Shown in pieces: positions 28,001 through 36,989 of a DNA stretch of 51,793 nt. Each line of letters starts with the position of its first letter. Position 1 is the first letter of the stretch. The translations under genes and the position numbers were made by a program. The stretch spans positions 1-51,793 of the IMG/VR virus record IMGVR_UViG_3300000756_000016, one strand, 5' to 3'. The DNA is from a virus (taxonomy: Duplodnaviria > Caudoviricetes). Under the pieces are notes generated by a model, which saw only the letters and a program-made list of their open reading frames with translations, searched no databases and was not told where the DNA came from.

Positions 28001-29488
28001 GGAATTATATCTGCATATAATTCTATTTCACTTACAGATGTTCAAGGAACATTTGACTTAGTGAATCAGCTTTCCTGGATTGTACCTTCTGGACCAGGAG
28101 TTGGAATTGCATCAACATTTGCATCAATTTCTCCAGTTATTCCAAGCACTTTTAAAGTTGATTCCGATAAAGATGGTCTACACTTCAAAGTTAATCATAG
28201 AAATCATGGGATGCATTCGAAATCCAACAAATTGTCTATTAATAATATCTCTTCAGATATTCCTCCGGTATCTCTGAGGGAAGTCTATACATCATCATCA
28301 ACTCAACCAATGAAGGTAACTTCTGTTGGAATTTTTACAAGCTTTGAGAATGTTTCAGTATCTTCAACTAATCCAGGGTATATCTATGTAAATGGTGAAG
28401 TTATGGGATATACTGGAGTAGATGCGGGAGCAAGTCCACCAACATTGACTGGAATTACTAGAGGCGTAGATTCAACCGTATCAACTCAACACGAATTGGA
28501 TTTACCGGTCTATAAGTATGAGTTATCTGGAGTATCTCTTAGAAGAATTAATAAGACTCATTCAATGAATACAACTAATGAGTTACTTAAAAATGGAATT
28601 GATGAATATTATCTAAAGATTGATACCACATCTATAGGTTCTGGTATTGTTAGAGATGGTACAGTTGCAAATGGATTCCCAATTCTTAAATTTAATAAAA
28701 CTAAGCAGTGTGGAGGAAATACTGCAACTGCAACACAAAACATTCAGTATGAAGCAATTACTCCAAATATTCAATACATATCCCCAGAGGGAACGCAAAT
28801 CTCAGGAAGAATAAGAACAGTTTCTGGAACAAGTGTTGACGGAACTGAAACTTCGTTTATTGATCAAGGATTTGATGAAATAAACTTAAATAGACCCAAT
28901 ATATTAAACTCTCCAAGACTAATCTGCTCTCAAATAAATGAGACAGCATTCTTAACAAATATACCAAACAATAAGTCTTTGGCACTAGAAGTATTCCTTC
29001 AGACAAATAATCCAAATGTATCTCCAGTTATTGATTTAGATAGATTAAATCTAATTACAACAACAAATAGAATTGATAGTCCAGTAAGTGATTTTATTTC
29101 AGATTCTAGAGTTAATCAGCCATCAGGAGATCCTCATGCGGCAGTCTATGTAAGTAAGAAAATACTTTTACAAAATCCAGCATCGTCTATAGATGTAAGA
29201 TTCTCCGCACTAAAATATACAAGCAATGATATAAGAATCTTGTATAAGGTCTTTAGACCAGATTCTCCAGATAGTTCTCAACCATATGTACTATTCCCAG
29301 GATTAACTGGAATTGGTGATGGTACAAGTAATACGTTGCAGGAAGATCCAACTAGAATTATGGATTACTCCTATAAAGTTGATAATTTACAACCATTTAC
29401 CGGGTTTATGATTAAAATAATCCTAGCTGGAACAAATCAGGCAACTCCACCACAACTTTCAAATCTTTCAGTAATAGCACTTGCATGA
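22040..29488 (+). CDS. VrlC-like / DUF4815 large virion structural protein
   Basis: NLNVSPYFDDFD...YKRVLFKPG..IQSRE, APGADR, RTFDESGNY, DRFKSGFFVDNF, DPLAESF, GSLFKSQNG.TW. Confidence 0.8.
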   Translation: MPQNTNLNVSPYFDDFDEDKNYKRVLFKPGTPIQSRELSSLQSILQNQIESFGQHFFKEGAKVIPGQTSYDGRVDYIRLDPVYFGVNINTYIDQLVDTNIIGQTTGISAKVELAISDVESDLDTNTLYFRYATSDTTDFSGNKFKPGEILLTDTDIIVDGVVVVRANSPFATVITEYPTGNASIASVNEGVYFIRGHFVKVLKESIIVDQYSITPSARIGFLIEEDFITSYDDETLNDNAQGFSNFAAPGADRLRIAVRLIKKAIDDFNDENFIELMRVVDGVLQEFTPSKSNDAYFRDLLAKRTFDESGNYLVKNFEVFAKENLNDGKGNNGVYTENQTTSSGQKPSESLLTLDISPGKAYVEGYDIEKISSSLIDIQKPRTTKLVPESAINFQSCASVVVNNVYGSPRVGFAYTDTITLVDSRVNNSSPTAISGNEIGLARIYDFYPLTSIYTNDTTQYECLIYDINTFVKITLGSNITLNVPAKVEGVNSGATGFLRQSISNSNIVVLYDTKGTFNFGEQIKVNQIRYPQTITSVIDYGFSDVKSFFSTDSVTASSFSADLILDSTKQIAPTSTQFTITSGGSVTIGITTASVNPPKVGDIVQYTISGNSVSTYNKVSAVSSNLKSFTVVAVSDNASINSGALPGSTISVNDLVIVNPTLKNKEKKDLYEILPHYNISSINLDNSRLSLKKSYTANVSSSTFTVTETDVNLFFKQFNVTEYNLSYSDGTIEVLTPGKVVISNSGKTLTITQLSKSSSSNAILIASLEKINVKAKEKVLVNCATVTINRSIKAESGTGAGTLNDGLTYSAVYGTRVQDDEICLNVPEVIKIVDIFESNDQNDPILPKIDLVEINGDFTTILPGQVVNGKTSKAIARIISTTASSITFSYVNEFIFQKNEIISVVNSTVSAKITAVNTYSKDISNSYLFDGGSRPEYVDYGKIVKKAGVEAPVRRVTVVFDYYTTPSGDTGDFICFSSFAAENYKESIPQIYGNVRATDAIDIRPRVSNYNPAVNTLSPFEFGSRNFVTSNSNVANPIVNGSSVILSYSYYLGRIDKLYLTRSGIFQIRTGVPSENPVAPIESSKSLNIATISLNPYTYNVKNDVKIESINHKRYTMRDIEKLEERISTVEKITSLSLLETNTKNLSIKDAKTGLDRFKSGFFVDNFNNHSSHTVGHPDFKASVDPIEGVLRPSHYTTSIDLSNSVSESSNIIKKGKLITLSYTEVEKIKQPFATRLENINPFSVVTWTGTLTLNPSSDTWFDEKRLDVNNIKQEGNYNALMQALGADPNTGVSPVDWGSWESMWSGRELIGSRELVTSVSIQSETTPEARTGTAGREDWPFIAPVFESTTTRTLTSERELEETYRTLDNQSRSGVQFKVSEQTDTVNLGSRIVSREIIPFCRERNIELIAKRVKPSTLFFPFFNGIDVFYYTTPKLLEIEMVSGVFVAGEAVEGFFSGSSYSVNIPTFKFKVANANHKYGSISNPSEVYEKNPYNLRESLPQNYSSTSSILNIDTSSLELKSESDFYGHAISGMRLRGTTSNAVATVKSKRLVSDESGTFLGSFYIPNPNFGGNPRFQTGAKTFLLISDPDNKYIPGEVISQVEATFTSSGELNVTQETTLSTRNSTVQRIPAAETRVVEGRITETKDLSPTSSVLDTVTTQRIGDWYDPLAESFIVSSSGGFFLTSVEVYFQSKDPVLPVSCQIRPLSGGVPTSTILPFAEVTYNPSQVSVSDNASAPTKFIFDSPIYLKDGGEYAIVLVTDSSKYLTWISRMGEVDISSANNPEAQRIIVSQQPYLGSLFKSQNGATWDPSQLEDLKFTIYGAKFTTSPGTFISYNPSLGLGNGQIAKLRIDPVTSISNELVIGLGNTITTPLTPGVTVSQFNNTNATGILVNTTGSIKIQSTTALTSNNVGSGLTPSSGSFTYTNVDVVSVTGIGTGAKAQVTVTNGALGVSTVTTGGQGYSLGDVVTLKLGALSQNVRYNVGIISAYNSISLTDVQGTFDLVNQLSWIVPSGPGVGIASTFASISPVIPSTFKVDSDKDGLHFKVNHRNHGMHSKSNKLSINNISSDIPPVSLREVYTSSSTQPMKVTSVGIFTSFENVSVSSTNPGYIYVNGEVMGYTGVDAGASPPTLTGITRGVDSTVSTQHELDLPVYKYELSGVSLRRINKTHSMNTTNELLKNGIDEYYLKIDTTSIGSGIVRDGTVANGFPILKFNKTKQCGGNTATATQNIQYEAITPNIQYISPEGTQISGRIRTVSGTSVDGTETSFIDQGFDEINLNRPNILNSPRLICSQINETAFLTNIPNNKSLALEVFLQTNNPNVSPVIDLDRLNLITTTNRIDSPVSDFISDSRVNQPSGDPHAAVYVSKKILLQNPASSIDVRFSALKYTSNDIRILYKVFRPDSPDSSQPYVLFPGLTGIGDGTSNTLQEDPTRIMDYSYKVDNLQPFTGFMIKIILAGTNQATPPQLSNLSVIALA

Positions 29489-29688
29489 GTTTACTAAGAG
29501 TTAACGGAGAATCTCACCTATATCGTGATGAGAATTCTACTGCAATCATTAATACTAATAAAAATGAATATGCGGAGTACATTGAAACTAAGGAAAGAAA
29601 GTTGAAGGAACTTAACGAAATTAGCGATTTGAAGAGAGAAGTATCAGAACTTAAGGGGCTGGTATACCAATTAATTGAAAAGTTATAA
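29485..29688 (+). CDS. Small coiled-coil hypothetical protein
   Basis: 67 aa, ATGA-coupled to VrlC; L.RD..S.AI.N motif followed by a heptad helix. Confidence 0.75.
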   Translation: MSLLRVNGESHLYRDENSTAIINTNKNEYAEYIETKERKLKELNEISDLKREVSELKGLVYQLIEKL

Positions 29689-29691
29689 ATA
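29684..29691 (+). promoter_or_regulatory. T4-type late promoter
   Basis: Exact TATAAATA. Confidence 0.8.
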
Positions 29692-29722
29692 TTTAAAGAA
29701 ATAATGATGCTATAACTAAAAA

Positions 29723-30061
29723 ATGTCAGTCAGAGTAGTAAATTTAGTAATTCCCCAGGGTGCAGATTTTTCAAATTCATTTATACTAGAAAATAGTAAT
29801 AATACTCCGATCAACTTGACTAGTTATAGCGGCATATGCCAACTGAAAAAACATTCATCAAGCAGATCGAGTGTTGGAATTGCAGTGTCTTTTCCAAATC
29901 CAACTTTGGGTGAAGTTAAAATTTCCCTAGCATCTACAGTGTCCTCAGGCATAAAGCCTGGTAAATATGTTTATGATGTTCTACTGACTGACGGGGTAGG
30001 AGTTAAAACCAGAGTTGTTGAAGGAACAGCAACAGTAACCGCAGGAGTTTCAACCTCATGA
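29723..30061 (+). CDS. Small beta-sandwich virion protein (fibre-adaptor/BppU-like)
   Basis: NL.I.QGADF ... G.YVYDVLL ... RVVEG...VT pattern. Confidence 0.6.
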   Translation: MSVRVVNLVIPQGADFSNSFILENSNNTPINLTSYSGICQLKKHSSSRSSVGIAVSFPNPTLGEVKISLASTVSSGIKPGKYVYDVLLTDGVGVKTRVVEGTATVTAGVSTS

Positions 30062-31389
30062 CTTCTGAAATAAAGGTAAGATTAGCTGATCAAAATGCAA
30101 TCAAAGTTGTCGGAAGTTTAAAAAATTACACATCAATAAGTGATATTCCTGGCGTTAATGTTGCCGGGGCAATAGATCGTTCACTACTACACTACAACGC
30201 ATCCACACAAAAGTGGGTAGTGACCAATGAATTAGATGCCGACATAAATCCTAAAATAAAAATTAAACGAACAACAAGTTCTACTACATCACCAACTCTT
30301 CAGTATGGTGAACTTGGAGTTTCCGTTGGAACCGGAACTGCAGGAAATGTTGGGGGAAGGTTATGGATTGGAAATAATTCAGGAACTTCTGTGCAAGTTG
30401 GTGGAGAATACTATGTAAGTATTTTAGATCATGAACCGGGAACACTAACTGCAAATTCTGCAGCTATAGTAAATTCTAGTAAATATATTGACTATTGGAA
30501 TGTTACTAATGATGTTGTAGTTGGAGGAGCAATTACTGCCGCATCATTAACTGTATCAGGAGTTTCAACTATCCGTGCGGCAGTCATTGGAAGTATTGGA
30601 ATATCTTCTAATGTAATATCAACAAACCCAGGTTCTGGAGATATTCTGTATATCGACCCAAATGCCAATGGACTTAGTAATGCTGGTACAGTAATCATTA
30701 AGGGAAATCTTCAAGTTGATGGAGAATCTTCAATCATAAATTCTACAACATTAAGTAGCAATGAGATTATACTTAATTTAGGAGATGTGACATCTATCCG
30801 AACAGTGATCGGAAATGTTTCCTCTGGATCAAGTATCTTCACCTTAGATTCGGTAGTTGGAGTTAATACTGGAGATCTTATAAGCAATATTATAGGCCTT
30901 CATCCAGAAAATGTCAATAGGACAATTACTAGTTACAGTACACTCTATAAGACGATTACAATATCTGGAATAACAACTGCAGGAATATCCTCCGGTGCCC
31001 AGATGACAATTACACACTCATATGATACGAATACTGATAGGGGTATTTCCTTTGAGTATAATGATTCAACTTCCGGAATCGGATACACTGCAAATAGAAA
31101 AGGTTTCTTTGGATATGACGATTCTAGTAAAAAGTGGACTTATATTCCAGAGGTAACAATTGTAAATGGAGTTGTTAGCGGAACTAGGGGATATATAGAT
31201 ATTAGGGGCATTTACTTACAATCATCTGAAGTAAATCAATATGGAATTACATATCTAGATTCTGATGGGTTTGTAAATCAAACAGTTTCCCCCGGATCTG
31301 GAATAAGTACTTCCAACTATATACTCACAACAAGTCCTGGAACAAATATTCCTACTTGGACAAATACAATCGATGGAGGAAGTTATTAA
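30058..31389 (+). CDS. Fibre/whisker-like structural protein
   Basis: IKIKR...P.LQYGEL motif, beta-rich G/S/T composition, DRGI.F.Y and terminal WT..IDGG.Y. Confidence 0.6.
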   Translation: MTSEIKVRLADQNAIKVVGSLKNYTSISDIPGVNVAGAIDRSLLHYNASTQKWVVTNELDADINPKIKIKRTTSSTTSPTLQYGELGVSVGTGTAGNVGGRLWIGNNSGTSVQVGGEYYVSILDHEPGTLTANSAAIVNSSKYIDYWNVTNDVVVGGAITAASLTVSGVSTIRAAVIGSIGISSNVISTNPGSGDILYIDPNANGLSNAGTVIIKGNLQVDGESSIINSTTLSSNEIILNLGDVTSIRTVIGNVSSGSSIFTLDSVVGVNTGDLISNIIGLHPENVNRTITSYSTLYKTITISGITTAGISSGAQMTITHSYDTNTDRGISFEYNDSTSGIGYTANRKGFFGYDDSSKKWTYIPEVTIVNGVVSGTRGYIDIRGIYLQSSEVNQYGITYLDSDGFVNQTVSPGSGISTSNYILTTSPGTNIPTWTNTIDGGSY

Positions 31390-31559
31390 TGGAACCGGAA
31401 ATAGATATTAATATTTTGGTAAACCTGTTTGTTCAAAAACTTGCAGCTATTCAAAAAGAAAATACATTTTTAGAAGCAAAATACCAAACACTTCTAAAAG
31501 AATATTATGAAGTAGTTGAAGTTAAAAATGATCTTCAAACCGAGTTAACCCAGAGCTGA
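31389..31559 (+). CDS. Small coiled-coil hypothetical protein
   Basis: Likely start is ATG 31389 (TAATG coupling), giving 56 aa. Confidence 0.65.
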   Translation: MEPEIDINILVNLFVQKLAAIQKENTFLEAKYQTLLKEYYEVVEVKNDLQTELTQS

Positions 31560-31564
31560 AGGAC

Positions 31565-32368
31565 ATGAAACCATCAAGTAGACAACAACTTATAGATTAC
31601 TGCTTAAGAAAGTTAGGCTATCCTGTTCTTGAAATAAATGTAGATGATGATCAAATTGATGATGCTGTAGATGATGCTCTACAGTTCTTTCAAGAACGTC
31701 ACTTTGATGGTGTTGAGAAAATGTACCTGAAGTATAAAATTACTCAGGATGTTATTGATCGGGCAAAAACAAATGCAACGACCACAAAAACTGTAGGAAT
31801 AACTACATATTCATATCTAGAAAGCAATAACTATATCGAAGTTCCAGATAGTGTAATTGGTATAGAAGGAATTTTTAGATTTGATGACAGTACATTTTCT
31901 AGTGGAATGTTTAATATTGCCTATCAAATTTTTCTAAATGATGTTTATAATTTTACATCAATTGAACTTTTAAACTACAGTATGGTTAAGGAATATCTTG
32001 AGACCATTCAATTTTTAATTAGTCCTCAGAAAAAAATTAGATACACAAAGAGACAAAATAGATTATATGTTGATATGAACTGGTCAACTGTTCCTGTTGA
32101 TAGTTATATAATTATTGATTGTTATAGGATTCTAGATCCATCAGATTTTTCAAAAATTTGGAATGATTCATTCCTAAAACGTTATCTTACTGCTCTCATT
32201 AAAAAGCAGTGGGGTCAAAATTTGATTAAATTTAGGGGAGTAAAACTCCCTGGCGGAATTGAATTGAATGGACGAGAAATATATGATGATGCAGTAAATG
32301 AGTTATCAGATATTAAGACTAGAATGAGTAGTGATTATGAACTACCTCCACTAGATATGGTGGGATAG
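31565..32368 (+). CDS. g13: Neck protein gp13
   Basis: LIDYCLRKLG.PV.EINV..DQI.D, KKQWGQNL.KF.GVKLPGG...NG. Confidence 0.93.
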   Translation: MKPSSRQQLIDYCLRKLGYPVLEINVDDDQIDDAVDDALQFFQERHFDGVEKMYLKYKITQDVIDRAKTNATTTKTVGITTYSYLESNNYIEVPDSVIGIEGIFRFDDSTFSSGMFNIAYQIFLNDVYNFTSIELLNYSMVKEYLETIQFLISPQKKIRYTKRQNRLYVDMNWSTVPVDSYIIIDCYRILDPSDFSKIWNDSFLKRYLTALIKKQWGQNLIKFRGVKLPGGIELNGREIYDDAVNELSDIKTRMSSDYELPPLDMVG

Positions 32369-32370
32369 AT

Positions 32371-33768
32371 ATGGCAACAAATCAATTCTTTACGCACGGA
32401 AATTCTTCAGAGCAACGTCTCATTCAAGACTTAATTAATGAGCAGTTGAAGATGTATGGTATTGATGTGTATTACATGCCGAGAGTATTTTTAAAGACAG
32501 ATACTATCATTAAGGAAAATATATTAAATAAATTCACTGACAATTTCATTATTGAAGCATATCTAAATTCCTATAGCGGATTTGGTAATGGTGGTGATAT
32601 GTTGGGCAAGTTCGGTATTAGAGTTACGGATACTTTATCCCTAGTCATATCCAGAGAAAAATTTGAGGACTTCATTTCTCCAATAATGGAGGCTAATATT
32701 GATGATTATGTTTTAACATCAAGGCCTAAGGAGGGAGATTTAATATATTTTCCACTTAACGATACAATTTATGAAATTAAATTTATTGAACATGAGACAG
32801 AATTTTATCAATTAGGGAAATTATATGTCTATGAATTAAGTTGTGAGCCCTTCATATTTGAAGATGAAGTCCTAGATACTGACATTGAAGATATTGATAA
32901 TAACTTTGTGGAACGTGGCTACAACACAATTCTAACACTATCTGGGGTTGGTGCTACTGCCGGAGCTGCTACTACTGTAGCAAATGGAGTTGTTCAGCAA
33001 ATTTACTTAGTTAATGATGGGTACAATTATACCTCAGCACCAACAGTAGCGATTTCCTCAGCACCAATTGGTGGAAAAAACGCAACAGCAGTTGCAATTA
33101 TGACATCATATTCTGGAGGTGACAAATTATCAGTTGATCGCATCGTCATCACTAATCCTGGAGGTGGATATACTACGTCACCACAGATTACAATAATTGG
33201 TGGGGGTGGTTCTGGAGCAATAGCAACCGCAGGCATATCTTCGGGTGGTATTGGAGTAATTGGACTAACAACCTATGGTAGTTATTATTCAAGTCCTCCA
33301 ACCATAACCATATCAGGCCCTGGGACGGGCCTGACAGCCTCTGCAGAGGCCCTGGTTGGTGCTGGAGGATCTATCACCTCAATACTAATTACAAATGCTG
33401 GAAGCGGCTATACAGCCTATCCAAACATATCCTTCTCATCGCCAGGAATAAGCACTGGAAATTATAGTTTAAATGAAGTTGTGACAGGACATCTTTCAAA
33501 TACTACTGCAGTTGTGAAGGAGTGGGATTATGATACTAAGGTACTAAAGATATACAGAAGTTCTGGTAGGTTTAGACTTGGGGAAAGAGTTGTGGGTTCT
33601 GCAACCACAATTACAAATCCTGGCATTGGTAAAACTGGAGAGTACTATATAATGTCTGTTGACTACTATGGTGATGCCGAAAATGATTATGCTGAAAACA
33701 AACAAATTGAAAATGAGGCAGATCAACTTTTAGATTTTTCAGAAAAAAATCCCTTTGGTGATTACTAA
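32371..33768 (+). CDS. g14: Neck protein gp14 with Gly-rich repeat insertion
   Basis: EQ.LIQDL..EQL.MYG.DVYY.PR, KFGI, RP.EGDLIYFP, FYQLGK, terminal DFSEKNPFG. Confidence 0.9.
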   Translation: MATNQFFTHGNSSEQRLIQDLINEQLKMYGIDVYYMPRVFLKTDTIIKENILNKFTDNFIIEAYLNSYSGFGNGGDMLGKFGIRVTDTLSLVISREKFEDFISPIMEANIDDYVLTSRPKEGDLIYFPLNDTIYEIKFIEHETEFYQLGKLYVYELSCEPFIFEDEVLDTDIEDIDNNFVERGYNTILTLSGVGATAGAATTVANGVVQQIYLVNDGYNYTSAPTVAISSAPIGGKNATAVAIMTSYSGGDKLSVDRIVITNPGGGYTTSPQITIIGGGGSGAIATAGISSGGIGVIGLTTYGSYYSSPPTITISGPGTGLTASAEALVGAGGSITSILITNAGSGYTAYPNISFSSPGISTGNYSLNEVVTGHLSNTTAVVKEWDYDTKVLKIYRSSGRFRLGERVVGSATTITNPGIGKTGEYYIMSVDYYGDAENDYAENKQIENEADQLLDFSEKNPFGDY

Positions 33769-34616
33769 TGCTAGGAACTTACTACTATCACGGAATTATA
33801 AGAAAAATTGTAGTGGGATTTGGAACCCTGTTCAATAATATTGAGATTGTTCATACAGATGCTAGTGGCAATCAGGCCTCAAAATTGAAGGTGCCTATTG
33901 CTTATGGTCCAATTCAAAAGTTTTTAGCAAGAATACAGCAACAACCAGATCTAACCAAAAAGGGTAACCTGTCATTGCCCAGACTATCTTTTGAATTTAT
34001 TGGATTGGATTATGATCCAAGCAGAAAGGCAAATATTACTCAAACGTTTAAGGCTGTTGGAGATGATAATAAGGTTAGACGAGTCTTTATGCCAGTACCT
34101 TATAATTTAAAATTTGAATTAAATCTTATGACAAAGCTGAACGAAGATTCTCTTCAGGTTATGGAGCAGATACTTCCGTTTTTCCAACCAGCATTTAATA
34201 TTACTATTGATTTAGTAGAATCTATTGGAGAAAAAAAAGATATACCAATAGTTTTGGATGGAGTATCTTTTTCAGATAACTATGATAAGACAAATTTTGA
34301 TGAGACTAGAATAATTATACATACATTCGCATTCACTGTAAAGGCACACCTATTTGGCCCAGTTGTTTCTAGCACTGATGACCTAATTAAGAAAGTACAA
34401 ATTGATTACTATACTTCAACTGATACGGTAAATGCTAAGAGAGAACTTAGATATGTGGCAACTCCAAAGGCACTTAAGGATTACAATGATGATGGATTAA
34501 TTAATGCCGGAGATGATCCATTGATTGTTCCAGGAGATGATTTTGGATTTAATGAAGAAATACTAGATTTTGTAGACTTTAAAGAATATAGTCCTTCCCA
34601 ACAGCAGGACGTGTAG
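33768..34616 (+). CDS. g15: Tail sheath stabiliser / completion protein gp15
   Basis: FGTLFNNI, VPIAYGP..KFLAR, LPRLSFE, PVPYN, EQILPFFQP. Confidence 0.93.
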   Translation: MLGTYYYHGIIRKIVVGFGTLFNNIEIVHTDASGNQASKLKVPIAYGPIQKFLARIQQQPDLTKKGNLSLPRLSFEFIGLDYDPSRKANITQTFKAVGDDNKVRRVFMPVPYNLKFELNLMTKLNEDSLQVMEQILPFFQPAFNITIDLVESIGEKKDIPIVLDGVSFSDNYDKTNFDETRIIIHTFAFTVKAHLFGPVVSSTDDLIKKVQIDYYTSTDTVNAKRELRYVATPKALKDYNDDGLINAGDDPLIVPGDDFGFNEEILDFVDFKEYSPSQQQDV

Positions 34617-34627
34617 AGGATATAAAC

Positions 34628-35044
34628 ATGGAAACATTTAATAAAATTGATGAGGTTTTAAATATAAAAACCGAAATAGTTGAAGCTGAAATTGAAGTCA
34701 AGCGGGATGATGTAGAGGCATTAGAAGATCCTAGTACAGACTATGAATATACTAGAACTCAGTTGTATTCCCTGATAGAAAAGGGACAAACTGCGGTTAA
34801 TGGTATTTTAGATGTTGCTTCTGGAACAGATCATCCAAGGGCATATGAAGTTGCTGGTCAACTTATAAAAAATGTTGCTGATATAACTGATAAGTTAATT
34901 GACCTTCAGAAAAAGATGAAAGATCTTGATACAAAATATCGTGGTCCGACTACAGTTAATAATTCACTATTTGTTGGTTCAACTGCTGAGTTGTCTAAAT
35001 TAATTAAACAAGGTCTTCTAAATAATAAAGAAGAAAAATTATAA
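34628..35044 (+). CDS. g16: Terminase small subunit gp16
   Basis: DYEYTR..LY.LIEKG, HPRAYEV, NNSLFVGST.EL. Confidence 0.93.
   Translation: METFNKIDEVLNIKTEIVEAEIEVKRDDVEALEDPSTDYEYTRTQLYSLIEKGQTAVNGILDVASGTDHPRAYEVAGQLIKNVADITDKLIDLQKKMKDLDTKYRGPTTVNNSLFVGSTAELSKLIKQGLLNNKEEKL
35018..35024 (+). promoter_or_regulatory. Late promoter variant CTAAATA
   Basis: At the 3' end of g16, 21 nt upstream of the 645-aa ORF. Confidence 0.55.
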
Positions 35045-35045
35045 G

Positions 35046-36983
35046 ATGCAAGTAAAACCTCAAATGAAAGAAGAATCGAAGTCTGTGGATGAAGGTCTTC
35101 TCGATTGGTATGGTAAATCTGAATCAAAAGATAAAAAACCCGGTTGGGTAAACGTTTTAACTGGTGGAACTTGTGCAAGTGATGAACCGGGAGAAGGAGT
35201 TCCAAAGTGCGTATCTTCTGAGAAAAGAGCAAGTATGTCTAAAGAAGAAAGATTATCAGCATCAAGAAGAAAAAAAACAGCAGATCCTGGACAACAAGAA
35301 AAATCTGGTGCTGCAAAACCAACTTATGTTTCAACAGATAGTCCCAAGAAATCAATGAAAGAAGAAATGAACCTCCAAGAAGTAAAAGATAAACCCGGAA
35401 AGGGTAGTGGTAAAAAAGATGCTTGCTATAATAAAGTAAAATCAAGATATGATGTTTGGCCTAGTGCATATGCTTCTGGAGCACTTGTTAAATGTCGTAA
35501 AGTTGGTGCTGATAATTGGGGAACAAAAAGTGAGGCAGCAAACCTTGCTCAACAAGCAGCAATTGCAATTATTATGAAGAAGAACGGAATTAAACCAAAA
35601 TCAAAAATGAAAGAAGATTGTTGGGATGGGTATGAGCAAAAAGGTATGAAGACTAAAGGTAAGAAGATGGTTCCTAACTGTGTTCCAACTAAAGGAGTTC
35701 CCAAGGCAAGTGGTTATAAGAAAGTTTTAGAACAAGTACGACCAATTGAAACTCAGCAGGGTAAATTTGATAGGATGGTTGGTTCTGCAAGCCTTCTTCC
35801 ACCAAAAACTAAAATTATAATGCTTCAGCAAGCTGCAAAGAATCACCCGTCAAAGGTTAAATCGGTGGATGAAAATCACATCGCAATTTCCAAGGGAAAG
35901 GAGCTTGATGATGAGGGCGGGATGATTAAGAGTGAGCTTGAAACTATTGAGAGAGCAATTAAGTTAATGCGATCCATCGTCAAGAAGGATAACGCACAAG
36001 TTCCAGCCTGGGTTCAGTCTAAGGTAACTAAAGCTGCAGATTATATTGACACCGCTGCAGACTATATGGCGGGAAACGATGAAGAATCTGTAGATGAGTC
36101 ATTTAAAGTAATTCAATCTTCCGGTCAACTATATCATATTATTGTAAATTTTATGAGTAAAAATTACAGCATTAAAATTTACTTCCCAATGCAAAATAGA
36201 CCATCTCAACAGGATGTAAATGATGCTGTTCAAAAAATATATCCTGGTGGTAAAACTCTGGCATACTACCCATGTGTTATGAGTTCTAATTCAAATTATT
36301 TGGTAGCTAAAGAAAATATTAGTTTTGATATACCAAAGGGAAGTGGTGTTCTAGGTAAACGATCCGGTGAGCAATTACTAAGACTTAAAAATAGTGGTCT
36401 GAATAATAATCAATTAAATCGGGAATTAGAAATTCGTGGAATTAAGCCACGAGGCGTTGAACTTCCCCTAGCAAGTAGAGGAAAGGGTGGAAGTCCCTAT
36501 GAACCATATACTGGCCCAGAAAAGAAAGGGCCATATGTTCCAGCTCCACAAAAGCCTTCGAAGATGCAACTTGCTCACAATCAGATTGAAGGAGATCTAG
36601 TAGAATCTGACAATCATGCACTTGCAGCAAGATCAGTTGAAATTGAAACTGAGATGAGGAAGCGTTCAAAAAATTATTTGATAAATATTGGTATGATAGG
36701 AGAAGACAAATCTCCAGCTTGGCAGAGAAAGGCTGGTAAAAACCCAGAAGGTGGTTTAAACGACGAAGGTATTCGTTCATATAGAGCGCAAAATCCAGGA
36801 TCAAAGCTTCAAAAGGCAGTTACAACCAAGCCATCCAAACTTAAGAAGGGGTCCACAGCAGCAAAACGAAGAAACTCCTTTTGTGATCGTATGTCTGGAA
36901 TGAAGGAGAAACTTACTTCTGCTAAAACTGCAAGGGATCCAAATAGTAGAATCAATAAATCTTTGAGAAAATGGAACTGTTAA
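35046..36983 (+). CDS. Modular basic protein inserted between g16 and g17 (DUF5872-like N-terminal and DUF6321-like C-terminal modules)
   Basis: Tandem short modules (PKCV..ERLSA.RRK, DACY.KVK.RY.VWPSAYASGALVKCRK, CWDGY...VPNCV, PAWVQSK, RR.SFC.RM.GM...SLRKWNC) separated by xxE linkers. Confidence 0.7.
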   Translation: MQVKPQMKEESKSVDEGLLDWYGKSESKDKKPGWVNVLTGGTCASDEPGEGVPKCVSSEKRASMSKEERLSASRRKKTADPGQQEKSGAAKPTYVSTDSPKKSMKEEMNLQEVKDKPGKGSGKKDACYNKVKSRYDVWPSAYASGALVKCRKVGADNWGTKSEAANLAQQAAIAIIMKKNGIKPKSKMKEDCWDGYEQKGMKTKGKKMVPNCVPTKGVPKASGYKKVLEQVRPIETQQGKFDRMVGSASLLPPKTKIIMLQQAAKNHPSKVKSVDENHIAISKGKELDDEGGMIKSELETIERAIKLMRSIVKKDNAQVPAWVQSKVTKAADYIDTAADYMAGNDEESVDESFKVIQSSGQLYHIIVNFMSKNYSIKIYFPMQNRPSQQDVNDAVQKIYPGGKTLAYYPCVMSSNSNYLVAKENISFDIPKGSGVLGKRSGEQLLRLKNSGLNNNQLNRELEIRGIKPRGVELPLASRGKGGSPYEPYTGPEKKGPYVPAPQKPSKMQLAHNQIEGDLVESDNHALAARSVEIETEMRKRSKNYLINIGMIGEDKSPAWQRKAGKNPEGGLNDEGIRSYRAQNPGSKLQKAVTTKPSKLKKGSTAAKRRNSFCDRMSGMKEKLTSAKTARDPNSRINKSLRKWNC

Positions 36984-36989
36984 TCCCAT

